Positions 37,653-51,446 of a stretch of DNA of 64,000 bases are shown piece after piece. The notes below the pieces were generated by a model, which was given only the letters and a program-made list of their open reading frames with translations, did not search any database and was not told the origin of the DNA. The stretch lies in assembly GCA_964035545.1 (NCBI GenBank), contig OZ037773.1, forward strand, positions 1,703,751 to 1,767,750. The letters run 5' to 3'. Each line of letters begins with the position of its first letter. The first letter of the stretch is position 1. Position numbers and translations under genes: made by a program. Source of the DNA: Bugula neritina. Lineage: Eukaryota; Animalia; Bryozoa.

Positions 37653-39993
37653 ATGTCAAATTCTCCGTATCCTAAGCAAACTAAGGGTCAAAGAAGCAAG
37701 ACCACTGGGTCTCAGTGTTATGCATACAATTGCCACAACTACCAGTACAGCAGTTACAGTAAAGACAAAAAAAATCTCTTTTCACAAGTAAGTGGAGGGC
37801 TTTAGTTACAACAATAAGTAATAGTAATGCATCAACTAGCGTAACAGTAGGCCTAATGGTTGTGGTAACGGTGCTGCTGCCTACTACTAGTACTACTAGT
37901 AGTACTAGTACTAGAGTAGTAGTACTCTACTTCTACTAGTACTGGTAATACTAATACTCTAATGGCTAAGCCTAATGCCATACTTACAGTATCAGTATGA
38001 TACTACTACTATTACTAGCCTACTGCTAGTGTTACTGCTACTAGTAGAGCACTAGTACTACAGCTGCTAGTAGTACTAATACTACTACTACTACCAGTAC
38101 AGGTACTCAGTACTAGTAGTAGTAACTTACTCATAAATTGTTATTATAATTCGAGTATCAGTATGAGAATGAATAGTACTATTACTAATAGTATTATTAT
38201 GACTAAAAATAACAGTAACTACACAATGTGAAAGTCAAAGTGTGAGTGACTCACTCTGAATATCTACTCATATTAATGTCACTATTATTATTGCTAACAA
38301 CTTTATTATGTTGATGTTATTTACAGCAAGCTTATTATTTTCAAAGCATTATATTATATAGGCACTTAGGCAATGCAATTATAATTGTGTCATCTACTCA
38401 GGTGTCTCTTGCTACCCAGTTGTTGTCAGCGAGCTGATCATCCTGAATAGTCGATCAGCAATAGCTAAAGGCTACAAGCAGCCTTCACATCTAAAAGGTA
38501 TCAGTGTCATCACTCCTTTTCTGAAAGATACACGATAATATTTGCTAGGCCTAAAGAATAATGAAGAGATACCTCTGTACAAGCCCAAAAGGTAAATTTC
38601 CTATCAACAAAGAAAGTGTTGCTTATATTTAAGATCTAATATGTGCCTGTCCCTATTTGTGTTATTTACAGACATGTTTGTATTACTGGACTTGTACGTG
38701 CCATTGGACACAGTATTTGGATTGGTGGAAAAACTGTTGGTGCCTAAAATGCTCGACTATCTGCTAATGTATAAATTTTCGCAAGACCATTTAGAGCTTT
38801 TCTTCAATGCAGTTCGCCGTTGTGGTATGCTACAGCTCGGAACAGCTATGCATGAAGCCCAGTATGCATGCACTTATGTTAACATGTTCATTATTTCTTC
38901 TCTTACTCTCTTATCTCTTTCCTTCAGGTGTTCGGTTTTTCACTTTGCTTTGATAGGTGCAACTAAGATGGTCGGTTGGCCCAACTGTGTTGCAAAGTGA
39001 ATTTTTTGCATGAGCTTAGTGGTTAAAATGCATGCAACATGAAGTTTGTTAACTTTTGAAGACCAAGAGACAAAGATAATGAATTTTCAAAAAATTCCAA
39101 AACTGTGGTGTCAAAGCAATTGTGCATTTTTAAAATTAAATGACTTTTTTAGCTTAATTGCATGCAAGGTTTTGCTTGTGTTCTAAAAAACATCATTTTT
39201 TTCTGGGTAAACATAATCCAATCTTTATTTGTGAACAGGCAATTGATGTCCAAGCATTTTTTTAAAGTTGTCTATCTAATATCTGTTTTAGGTGGATGGA
39301 ATAATAACCCATCTGTAACTGGCTTTCAGTCTATCTTTAGAAAATTGGTGACCCGATGTGGTGTACTCCAGGCAACTCAGGAAATTCTAAGACATTAGAT
39401 AACACAACTGCTATTTTCGCTTCAACTAGCTATATTCCACCGTTTTCTCAGAAAGATAATGCGGATTCATGATAAGTTGAAACCTGCTGAAAAAGTAAGG
39501 GTTTTAGCTGGCCCTGTTTTGGGTAATGTTGTCTACATCTCTGGGTGGGTTGTCCGAAAAGCACTAAGAAAAGTAACATGTCTAGAGTGCAGGCAAGCTC
39601 TAGTGAACAAGGAGTGGTGCAGTCTCAAGTATGGTGAGCTCAAAAAACTATTGCATGTTGAAAACAATGGTGGGCTTACTATACCTTCAGATGGAGTTAT
39701 TACCACTTGTTTATGCACTCACAAACACCTAAAAGGCCAAAAGTTCATGAAATTACTTCAGCTACAAATAGATGTGAAGCAAGAAATTGGTAAATATGAC
39801 ATTTGGAATTGCTCAACATTCCATGGAAACATCATTAAGCATTGAAAATCATCATTTCTCCCCTTCAAATTTACTCATTGAAGTATATTATGACTTATTC
39901 CAGCACCACATTGCTAAACTAACAAATATTGCTATGCACTAACTAAATTTCAGGCAATGTAGCAACAAAAGTGTACCGTTTAGAGGCCAGTAA
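37653..39993 (+). mobile_element. P-element/THAP9-type transposase remnant with introns
   Basis: THAP start CYAYNC; YLLMYKFSQDHLELFFNAVRRCG|GWNNNPS..FQSIFRKL; VYISGWVVRK..CLECRQAL; GGLTIPS. Large internal deletion and frameshifts. Confidence 0.88.
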
Positions 39994-40686
39994 TAAGGAT
40001 GTGGGTAATAATTCGTTTAGAAGTTATTACAACAGCGTTTATATTACAACATTAGATAATCACAAATATTGTTAATGCATTAAATTATTATTTTTTGTTT
40101 ATTCTGTAATTCTATTTCAATCACTTATTGCTTTAGGATCAGCACTTAAAAACATAATTTAAAACCTTGAAAGGTTTAAGGAAATCTGTTACTTGCCTGT
40201 GTTGTAAAGCTGTGTTTTACCATCGGTTTTTTTATATTATTTATAAACTTTTATACTTGTTATCCTTACTGTCAGTTTTTATTTATTAAGACTGAAATTT
40301 GCTTTGCTGTTGCTATTCATTTCATTTTGACTAATTTGTTGATCCTATCAATAAATATGTAATGCATTTGTTAGGTTATTACAGTTATTATCATATATAC
40401 TTGAGGTACATGTTTCATAAAATGATAATTAGTCATGAAATTACAAATGCCAAAAATAAAATAAACAGAATAATTGGTTCCCGCTTCACAGTGCTGAATT
40501 TTCATTATTTTTTAGTGTTTACCTCAATTTATAAGCTCTAATAGCTTGCACTTATAATGGATTTTACTACAACTACTGTGTGCAAAACAAGTAGGCGTGG
40601 TTAAGTGTACCACGCTAAGACGGAGCTAAACTATTTGGCCATGCTAAAACGTCCTTGGCCTCTCCAGGTCTATTCCAGCTCAGTGG

Positions 40687-41562
40687 CTTTTATAATTAGT
40701 CTAAGGTTGACAATATTTTACACTGTTAATCCCAGTGTAATTATTGGTTGCAAGTAATCAATTATTCATTAATTGTTGCTGTTGCCTGGTTTATAACTGC
40801 TTATCCCAGTCAGCCAATTTCATATTGTAGACTGCAGTAAGCAAAAGCAGGTTGTGGCAGCAAGAGAATAATCTTTTCTTGTTGTCTTCAGTTGATACTG
40901 AATTTGACAGGTTATCTCTGTTAAAACAGTAGTCATACACTTATCGTAATAACCCCCACAGGTAGTTGTGTAGAGGCACCGTTGGGTCACTCGCCTTACA
41001 GTAAAAATCCTCTGCACTGGTGGCAGCGGTAGAATCAGTTATTGAAGATAAGACTGAAAATAATCGTCCCTTAAATAGCTGAATAAGTAGGATTGTTGTT
41101 GGTTAAATTCAGGTGAATAAGATGACCGCCCACAACATTGCTGTGTGTTTCACTCTCAACTTCTATCACTCTAAACCCAACTGCAAGCAGATCCAGTTGC
41201 AGACAGAGACTGTAGAGATCTGTATCACCAACGTCTTCAACATAGGTCACCAAAAAAATCGAGAAGAAACATCACATGGTATAATTCTCTATTCCACAGC
41301 TGCAGTGCACTACCCTCAATTAAAACGCTCTGTATAATATTATACATAGCGATAAGCTCTACTTATCTCGCCCAGCTTGGTATATTATTAGTAAAAAAAC
41401 AGATCATCATTATAAAATTGAGTGAAGAATATTATTTAACTTTGAAACCCAGAATGAAATAGTGTACTTTGAAAAAAATTAAGAGCTTAACTTTTAGGGC
41501 AAGTGAGTAGGGGAGAGTGGGGAAGACGGACCAGTGGGTAATATGAACCACCGCTTGATTGA
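40687..41562 (+). repeat. ~875-bp segmental duplication, copy 2
   Basis: Near-identical to 33894-34771. Confidence 0.95.
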
Positions 41563-44030
41563 GTGATTCTAGTTTTTTTCTTTATGTCATGTAACATTAC
41601 TGTTCCAGAGTATCACACGCTGCTTCTGCATATGCAATTCTGTTTCCACATACAAGGTGAGTAAATTATAATTATAGGCAAAAAATTTAAATATTTTGAA
41701 TCATAGTTAATCAGAAATATCTTTGCTGTATATCAACTCACAAGTTTAACATTTTCCACAACAGCAACTCAAAATGTGTTAAAGTAACCTGCATAAGCTT
41801 GAGAAGAAAACACTTAGGATTTGTGAAAAAACTTAAAATTTCTCCTTTGATAGCTCGAGGGGTAAAATTGACCCAAGTTCGAGCGGGTAATATGGAACAA
41901 TGGTTGATATTACCCCAACTTTAGGTATCCTATCTGTCAGGTTATTATATATTTTTGAGTCATTAAATGTAGAAATAAACATAATTTAAGACACCAACAA
42001 AGTATTATTTCATTTTGAAACCTGCATGTATTTACTCTGTTTTGAAGGTTTTAAAAAAGCCAAGAAATTCTCCTTGGCTGGCCTGAAAGCCAATCCAGCC
42101 AAGTGTGCTACGTTGAATATTAAGGTGTTATGCGGTAAGTGGGTGTGTGATGACAGACCATTCCTTGAGATAGCTGGCACAAAGGTGACTGCGCTGAGTG
42201 TCACTGACACTTACAAGTATCTTGGTGTGCAGGTAGGCTCAATGAATGTAGGGAGTAACCCCTCAAAGAGCTTGGAGACAGCAGTGAAGAAATTGACAAA
42301 AGCCCCACTTAAACCGCAGCAAAGGTTGTTTTTATTAAGGACCTTCGTAATTCCAAAATTCTACCATGCACTCGTTTTGTCACCTCCGACCGGAAAGGTG
42401 CTGACTCACCTTGACTACATTGTGAGATCAGAATGTAAAAAATGGCTAAAGGTACATATACATTTTGCTAGCGCAAATTTCTATGCACCAGTTAGCGCAG
42501 GAGGGTTAGGAATCCCATCGTTTAGGTATACGATTCGGAGGTTACGATTCGAAAGGGTTGCTAGGTTAACAGATTATGAGGATCCGCTAGTCGAGGCTGT
42601 CATCGATGCGAAAGAGCTAGCACCGCCCAGGATTTTGGGAAAAACCATAGGAAGTAAAAAAGAAGAGGAAAGCCTATGGAAAGCAAAGATGTTAGAAGCC
42701 ACCGATGGAAAGGGACTAGCAGAACACGAAGAAGTCCACAAGCGCATAGATGGACAAGAGAACCAACAAAGATATTAACAGGTAGAGACTTTATCAGAAT
42801 CAACCATCTTAGATACAAAACGCTAGTCACGAACTCGTTGAGGAACAGGATCAATAAAAGCGTTTCAGTGTACTGCCCGGTATGTGTTAATACCCCACAT
42901 ACGTTAAGCCACATGCTACAAACTTGCCCGAGATCTCATGGCCCACGGATACATAGACACAACAGCATAGTTGATTACATTTGTAAAAGGCTGGAAATGA
43001 AAGGGTATGGGGTGCTTTCGGAGCCGCATATCAGGGACGCGTCAGGGCTACTCAAGCCAGACATCGTGTACTGGCACGAAGCCTCGGAAGAGGTGAAAGT
43101 GCTGGACATAGCTATCGTCTCCGACCATGTGGCTCTGGAGGTACCCTATAATGGAAAAGTGGAAAAGTATAACGTCGAGAAAGTAAGGAAATACGCCAGA
43201 GATGTAAGCCAGAAAGAGATGGTGTCGATAGGAGGTTTCATAATAAACTGGAGAGGCGCAATATCGAAGCGAAGCGTGAAATTCTGTAAAGATTTCATTA
43301 GTACGAGAGAACTCCCAATATTGTCATTGAGGACAATGCAATATGGGGTTTACATATACGATATGTGGCACAAGTCGACGGTAATGTTGAATGAAATCGA
43401 GGAAGTGGACTCGTAGGACAGGTTGCATTGTCAAACATTTTTCTAGAATTTTTCAGTCATCATACCTGAAAGACAGGACGGAATATATCCCCTATTAATT
43501 AAATTTAACTTAACCCTTCAGCCATGGGAGACCACCAAATGGTTTAATGAACCTGTTGACTTACCTCGGATAGAGGAAAGACAGGCAAGTGAGAGATCCA
43601 AATTTACTGAAAATATTAAAACTGGACTAAGCCAACGTGAATCTGCTGCAAAATATAGGATTCTACGCACTACTTTTCTTAGGTATGCAGCTCGAAGTTG
43701 AGAGATAAAAAATCAGCACTAGGTCAGAAGGCAGCATTTACCGCAAAAGAGAAATCAAACCTGACAGAATATATCCTAGACTGTTATAAAACATTTTTAT
43801 GGGCTAGGCTTACAAAAAAACCAGAGAGCTAGCATATAGCTACGCAATCAATTTACAAAAAGAAACAATTCCTCAACCTTGGCGTGCGAAGAAAATGGTA
43901 GACAAAGATTGGCTAGAAAGCTCAATGGTGCGGTAAGTCTTCGAACCTTAGAAGCGACCAAACTAGGCAGAGCTTTCAACAGAATGACAATTTCAGAATC
44001 TTTCCATAACCTGGAACATGTCCTTAAGCC
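41507..44030 (+). mobile_element. pogo-like (HTH-psq/DDE_1) DNA transposon remnant interrupted by the R2-like insertion
   Basis: Terminal motif GTAGGGGAGAGTGGGG with GGGGTAA subterminal repeats; 43600-44030 reads GLSQRESAAKYRI.RTT, LTEYIL, DKDWL, EATKLGRAFNR..FHNLEHVL. Confidence 0.65.
42060..43416 (+). mobile_element. R2-like non-LTR retrotransposon, 3' half (RT C-terminus, CCHC knuckle, restriction-like endonuclease), one frameshift
   Basis: GLKANPAKC, YKYLGV, APLKPQQRLFLLR, GGLGIP, CPVC..TLSHMLQTC, RHNSIV, EPHI..LKPDIV..LDIAIV..KVEKY. A 1-bp deletion near 42737 relative to the paralog at ~27905 joins the two ORFs. Confidence 0.92.
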
Positions 44031-44049
44031 TTGACTGGGATGATCATAT

Positions 44050-44690
44050 CAATGCACCGCTGACTACGAGATGGAAAGATTGGATACAATAACTGAAGAA
44101 TATTCGTGTAGATCGATGTATAAAGACAATACGTTTTGGAGGTCAAACAAGCAAAACTGCATCACATCAGCGATGCTAGCGAAAATGAATATGGAGCATG
44201 CTCATATATCAAGCTTATTGATGTTAATGATAAGGGGCATCGCTCATGAATTTTGTCAAAGGCTAGAGTAGCGCCATTAGAGCCTTCTACTATACCAAGG
44301 ATGGAGCTTAAAGGCGCTGTCGTGGCTACTAAACTTAACGAGAAGAGAACTGAAGAGAGAACTGGATATTGAGATTGACGCAACTTACTTCTCGACAGAC
44401 AGCATCATCGTGCCAGGATATATCAAAAACGAAACTACTAAATTCCCACCATACGTGACAAACAGAGCAACTCAGATCAGAAAGTCGACAGAATCCCAAC
44501 AATGGAATCACGTATCTAATACTACAAATTCTGCTGACATGGCATCAAGAAGTATCACAGTTCACCAACTGGATATTTTAGATAGGTTACTGGCCCCGAG
44601 TTCTTATGAAAAACGAATCTGAGAGATGCGCTAGATCAGCAACCACAGAGTTTTGATATCTCGCAATGTTATCAGGAGTTGCACAATGTG
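44050..44690 (+). mobile_element. BEL/Pao LTR retrotransposon RNase H fragment
   Basis: KARVAPLEPSTIPRMELKGAV, TDSIIV.GYI, YVTNRATQIR..QWNHV..NSADMASR. Confidence 0.88.
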
Positions 44691-45679
44691 GTTAAATTGA
44701 GTTATCTGAAAGAAAAATATTATAAAAACAAATTTAAACATACATCTGCAGTTGCCAAGACAGTAGTAACAGTTGGTAATATACTGTAAGGCATATCTTT
44801 AATCGTTCAGTATTTATTTGTTCATGAATACAGACAGTAGACAATAACTTGAATTTTCAGTGATAACCACAAAATTAACTGTTCAACAGTGCTTGTGCAG
44901 ATAGGCTATAGAGATTTGGGCTACAATTATTAGAAGATTGATCGAGCCACACCCAGTTATGTGGTTACTTGCAACTGGCAGTTGGTATGAATTGGTTTTA
45001 TCCCTAGTCATAGTTATTTCAAAATGTATAGTTAAAATTTGATTTTTTAACTACCTTTCTACTAGATATTCTTTCAAATTTACTAGAAAAGACATTAGGT
45101 TTAACTTTAATAGATATTGGCATAGTAGTGCAGACTCAATCATTTGACATTGAGTTGGGTTATAACTTATATTCCATAACTAGGCAATAAATAGCAATTT
45201 CATCGGTGAAAACTGCTTATTGTCAACTTGATTGTATCTAATGCAAGTTAATTTTGAAGTTGTTGTGCCAATATACAAAAAGAAATAAAGGAAAAAAACT
45301 TCGGCCAAAGTTGCTTACTGTCATTATTATGAAAAGAAATTTACAAGTAACATAAAAGACAGCACCTTGGCGGCGAAAGGTGACCATAAAGACATTATAG
45401 AGAATTTCACAATGAAAATGAGCTGTGCAAGTGATGCTGTCAGCTGATGTATCAATCTCAAAAAGAGAGATAAGCTGGCAGGATTTCGACAACATTGCAT
45501 AATAGAGGTAATAAGCACCATGTTTCAACAGGCATTCCCGAAAGCATTTTCTACAGTTAGGTAATAGTTGCATATTGTTGTCATAATAAAATACCACGTT
45601 CCTACTTGAAAGAATTTTAGTTTCAATAAAATTAAAGGCTTTCCAGATCATTAGTAGTAAATCTACGCAAAACCAAAAT

Positions 45680-46500
45680 GCTTATTATCAGCAACAAAAT
45701 AGAAGACCTGATAAATAAGGCTGTAACTCCATAATTAGCTTTAAATAATAAATATTTGGACAATAACTTCTAAGGTAATTAAATGGTTTACAAGTTTAGG
45801 TAGCAACAAACGTTTATCTTTTGTTGTATTTGACATTGTCAAATTTTATCTTTCTATCTCTAATGAAATACTCCACACTGCACTTGAATTTGCTGCAGAA
45901 CATACAACCATAATAGTTACAGATTGCACTATAATTTTCCATGCCAGGAAAATGTTATACCAATATGGCCAACCTTGGAGCAAAAAGTGTGGCTCAGTAT
46001 TTGATATCACAATGGGCAGCTATGACAGTGCAGAATGTCGAACTCTAGTTGGCATATTTTTACTTCGTAAAGTCAACCAGAAGTTTGGAAATACCTTTGG
46101 TCTGTATCATGATGACGGCCTAAAAGTAACCGACACGCTGAAAAACATTGATGGAACTAAAAAATCGATGAAAATTTTTTTTTCAAAAACAATCTAAAAG
46201 TAACTATTGAAGTTAACAAGTCAACTACCTAGATATAAATTTTGACGTCAGTAAAACCATACAGAAACCTCATGTAAAACTTAACAGCAAAATTTCATAT
46301 GTAAACCCTACATTTAACCATCCACTCCATATCATAAGAAACATCCCACAAGCCATAAGCAACAAGCTTTCCCACCTTTCATCTAACGAAGAAGTTTTTA
46401 GTCAATCAACAAAGATACATCAAGAAGCAATAACTAAAAGTGAGTATACATATAGCTTAACATTTCAGCCAACACACATAACTAGTAGACCAAAAAGAGC
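45680..46500 (+). mobile_element. Second Penelope-like RT fragment
   Basis: Paralog of 35970-36720; FDITMGSYDSAEC..LVGIFLL..GLYHDDGL, VNYLDINFD. Confidence 0.85.
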
Positions 46501-46539
46501 GAAAAGCTGAGGAGAAGCCGAAAAAAGTTTACGGAAAGC

Positions 46540-47140
46540 CTGGAGCAATCTACTGCTTTTTGTGTCGAGCGATAAGGGATCATTCTGCTTCAGACTGCAA
46601 CCAGAACAGGTGTTATAACTGTGGCTAAAAGGGCCACTTTGCCAAAAGCTGCACCACCGACTACTGTTGATCCTGCAATGTGCAGGGTCACATAATGGAG
46701 ACATGTGTTGCCGGCGGCGCCCTCTATGCTGCCATAAGAAAGACCAGACGCCATGGGTTCTGACACTGCACTTTATTCAAAGGTAGTGACAAAAAGATCG
46801 AAGATTGATGAGGCTACACCACCACCCCCAGGAATGAACTTCCACGATACGATGTCGTTCTTCTTGAATGGCGTGACTAAACAGAAACTGATCGATCTGG
46901 AGGCATATGACTCCAAGTTCCAGGCAATTGCAGAAAAGAGAGCAGAGGTGGACTGACAAAAAGTCGCTTTGAAGCAAGAGCTTCGGGCAGCTGAGCTTGT
47001 GGAGCCAGCTATGGAGTACATGCAGAAGGCACTTCCGTTGGTTGAACAAAAATTTCTTGATAAAGGCACTTGTTCGACTCGACTCCATATTGCATGAATA
47101 AAACAAAGTCGATTTGCCCACACACTCAAGTGACATTATA
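46540..47140 (+). mobile_element. Retroelement ORF1/gag fragment with three CCHC zinc knuckles
   Basis: CFLC..RDHSASDC, CYNCG*KGHFAKSC, C*SCNVQGHIMETC at ~46555-46706. Confidence 0.65.
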
Positions 47141-47364
47141 TACACTGTTGTGAATTACAATAGTGATCTGAACTATTTAAGCAAAAATCAATCACTTAGA
47201 CCATGCTAGAAGGCAGTTCCGTTACTAACGATGTCACATGAATTAAGTTTTTTTGTTCAACACTAAAACCAGTTTATTGCCATACCTAGAGTTGGGCAGT
47301 CTAATTCTCTGATCTACTTAAAAATCGATCATAAATATGAATATTAGAATATAAGAATATAACT

Positions 47365-48030
47365 TGGTGTCAGCAGTGGGATAAGTTGAATATTTATGTC
47401 ATTTTTGCATTGATTGATCTGTCTTACTTTGAGTCAGTCAAAGTTTTGAGTTATAGAGCAGCCATCTGAAATAATTTTTGAAGTCAATGTACCTGAGAAT
47501 AAACGTAGGCGCAAAGAAATTTTGAAAATTATCTTTTAGCAATAAATTTAAATTTTCGAGAAAAGCTAATCTTACAGATCAGGAGCTACAGAAAAAAAGG
47601 TATCTATAGGAGACAAATGGCATTGTTTCTTCACATAGCTGGCGATGAAACCAATGCACTGATAACTGAGCTTGAGTTCGCTAAGGTAAAAAATAGGGAT
47701 AAGTTGGTTGATGACCTTGATGTTTTTGATACGCATCGTAATCATAAAAAAAGAATTATATGAATATGCTTCCTGGTCCATGTTTCAGTTACCCAACGAG
47801 CCTGTTTACGTTATCTTAAACGGCTTAAAACCCAAGGAAGCCAGCCTGAATTCAAGGATGAAATTAAATCTAAAATGATATTGCTTCGAATAGGTTTTGT
47901 AATTTCTTCAATAAAGTTAAAAGAATGTTTCTTGAGGGAGAACACTATAACACTGAAGAAAGCTGTTAATGACCCCAGGGCTTCCAAGCAAATATTAGTG
48001 CTTGAACAAATAGACATGTTACAACAAATT
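47365..48030 (+). mobile_element. Gypsy-type PBS and decayed gag
   Basis: TGGTGTCAGCAGTGGGAT (tRNA-Leu-type PBS) followed by gag-like ..EIKSKMILLRIG..KLKECFLRENTITLKKAV. Confidence 0.6.
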
Positions 48031-49339
48031 TCAAATTGAGGTTTTAGATATTTTTTGATTGCTGTTAATTTTTGTTGTGTTCTATTATTATGTTTTGATA
48101 AACTGAAGACTTAATTTTATCAACCTTACTCCCAAGGTTTTACAGGAGCTTTTTGGTCATAGCTCTTGGTAAAATATGTTTGATAAAAGAATTTTGTGAA
48201 AGGCTTTGGCACTAGCTTTTTGACTGTCAGCTTTTTTGCTGTGTTAGGAGTTACTGCAGCTCAGAAAGTGAATGAGGGAAGTTGGCTGCACTCATTTGCT
48301 CATTAGTTTGCCTTTTGCTAGAAGATGCAAATAACTTACACGCTATTGCCAAAATAGTTGTATTATTGTATTATGTTATTTGTTGTGTCTAACTAATTTT
48401 AGTGAAAGTTCTGTAAGCAATAACTCTATTGATGAGTGTGAATTTAACTAGAATCTTTGTACTTTTATAGGTTACAGTATTATATGAAAATATAGATTGT
48501 TGACAATAAGCAGTAAATTGCATTGTCATCCATGCCATTCAGCATCCATGCTGTCACACTCATTTGCGAAAGTTGAGTTGAGGGCCTTGCTGAGACGAAG
48601 ACAGTGTAGTAGGATATTTTGATGACTATGAAAGTGAAATCAGCGACTCTGATGGTAAACTTCCAACTTTAAAAGAAGGTAATGACATTGAATATGAAAT
48701 AATATCATATAACCAGTTGCTATCACAAAATGAGAAAACGTTGTTACTGGCATTCAACTTTTACCACAGTCATTGACCGAGAGTGTTACTATCTACAGAG
48801 TCACTGACTGTTAGTCCACTCGATCAATGCCTCCCGTTTTAGCTAGTGTTTGTAGAAGTAAAAGTGAGCTACGCTGTCCTTTCCAAAATGATTGTGTTCA
48901 TTATGATAATCATAATGATTTTGGTGGTGATGATCATGATTGAAATAGTAATGAGTTGACTAATTTTAAATGCAGCTGCTCAAAAATTGCATGTCCTTGT
49001 TTACCTTAACTGATTTGCTTGGCACGTATTTCGATTGCAAAGAGTAGACTGTGGAAGATTTAGATTTAGTTTTGAGAGCTGAATTACAAGCATTAATGAA
49101 TTGGGATTTTAATACTGTTGCTAAAAACAAAGGGCTTATAGCATCATGAAAAACCAGTGTGTAGACAACTTTTCCTTAAACTGCACGATATAGGTCATGA
49201 TAGGCTTGATAGTTTAGTAGCCCACCTCAAACAGGATGGCCTGTGAAAATGGCAAAGAAAACTCCGGTGTAAGAAAAAGTAATACAAGAAGTATCAATCT
49301 CAAATCTACCAAAAGTGTTGTTTGTTTTTCATAAAACTT

Positions 49340-51446
49340 CGCTGAAGAGTATGCCATCAAGCTCGCTGGACGAGTGCCTGGTTTTAAATCTTACAATATA
49401 TTTTTCCGACCATCAAAGATGACCAAGAGTTTTGTCTACAGTCAGTACATCACATGCGAATCAAGTGTCGGTCGTTGGCTCCACTATTTTTAGCAGCTTG
49501 TGGCACTCTACTACCATTTATCATTTTAAGCAGACCAGCTACTAATTTTTGTTGTTACTGTGTAGTAATTCGATCATCTTCTGTTCAGCGGACAAAATAA
49601 AAACAACTATATAATACATTATCCTCTATGGAGGTGCTTACAAAACGAACCAGCCAGAACATTGAACTAAACTTCATGATAGCTGACCACACTAAGTTTT
49701 TCCTTAATCAAACAATACCCTTATAAACAAGTGAATATATTTTAAATGAAAATATAGCAGTGCTCTATTTTATTTTCTAAAAACTACTTATTATATTAAC
49801 ATATTTCATTGTTGTGAAACTTGCTAACACTACTAACAACCTTGAAAGATAAAATTTTATGCTGCAATATAGGAGTAGCAACAAGGAGCTTATTAAAATA
49901 ACAGGGCGTGTTCGTTATAATATTATGATAATTACTTATATTGTAAGCTCCTCGCACTTGTATTTATATTAATACTGCGTTTTATATTATAAATCATTCA
50001 ATCTAATAAACTAGTAAATGATCTACATAATTATAAACGCATGCAAATTATTACCAATTACGACTATACAAATAGGTCATAACACAACAGATTAAGACAT
50101 TATGACAGTGTACACTGTACAGCAACAACTTGCACATTTACCACCATGCTTGCAAAGAAAAAGCCTGTTTGTCAGCTGTTGCGCACTTATCATTTGATTT
50201 TTGGCCAGCAAGTAAGACATGCTTTTCACTACTAATGTTCTTAACACTTTTCTCTCAAGCTTTCTGCCAACATTAATCTTTTAGTAACTATGACTACCAA
50301 ATGATAACTCTTATTTTATATAACTTAGTGTTTGACTATATTAAAAAAGCTAACTATCTAATTAATTGATATTTATTGATTTTATTGTTCTTTTTACAGT
50401 AATCAAAGTTACCGAAATTATTGATTGAATGTTACTTCAATTTTGGCCCTAACTACACTATCTATTCAATTGATTGCAGCCCGGTCTTATTTATTTTAAA
50501 ACACAGCGTAAATGTGCATTGTTTGGTGTCAGCAAGGAAGGTGATTATCAACAGCTGACCTATTTTATTGACGGAGAGCGACAAGTAAGGGAGCCAACAC
50601 CGTGATGCCATTTATTTACGATTACTCAAAGCGTCTTAATGTCAACCATGATGCACCTCTTTTGCTGCATGCAGATAACTGCTGGTATGTGTTTTAATTT
50701 TGATGTCATGTTTCCTAAATTATTTTTTCATTTTAAATATTTTCCTTTCCTTTTTCAAAATGTTACTGTGTAACAATCCAAGCATTTTCTGTTCAGTGGA
50801 CAGAATAAAAACAACTATATGATACATTACCTTCTATAGAAGTGCTTACAAAACGAACCAGCTAGAACATTGAATTAAATTTCATGATAGCTAGCCACAC
50901 TAAGTCTGCCCCTAATCAACATTTTGGCAATATCAAAAGGCACTTTGCAAAAGCTTTTGGTTCTTCCTTGGCAGAGTTAACTCAAGTTTGTCTCCCGCTA
51001 GTGATTTCTTATTCTGTTTTGTTCAGAAAAACAAATAAGTACTTTGTTTGCTATAATTCTTTGATACTTATTATTGGTTTTTGCAGGTTGTCAACAACTA
51101 TGCAGTAAAAACACTGCTTTGATAGTTGGAGATAGTACTGGAGATACTAGGGAAGTGGTCATGTATGACTAGGCTCAATTTCTTCCTCGATTTATCTGCC
51201 GTCTACAACACATACTCTTTTACCATCAGATAGCCCTCACTGCAGAAGTTGATAGGAGATTATGAGACAACTGAAGTTCTTAAAAAGTCTCTTGCTGCTG
51301 TAATTACATCGAAAGGTCCCGACTTTCAAAAGCAGTGGTATTTTTATGAGCAGATCAGGGAGATTTGTGAGTCAGATACTCAAGATCTCTTCTGCATTGG
51401 ACCATCTTTTCCTAAGCTTAAAGGTGAAGCTGTTGAGTCATATTAG
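49340..51446 (+). mobile_element. Sola-like DNA transposase remnant with introns
   Basis: LFGV..E, KGANTV, LLLHADNC|SGQNKNNY, FMIASHTK.APN..FG, KQWYFYEQIREIC; the GQNKN exon is duplicated at ~49580-49712. Confidence 0.65.

Noticed and set aside
42676-42778. Programmed frameshift between the two R2-like ORFs
   Set aside because: The paralog at ~27900 has one more base here (GGTACCACAAGC versus AGTCCACAAGC), so this is a simple inactivating deletion or a sequencing error.
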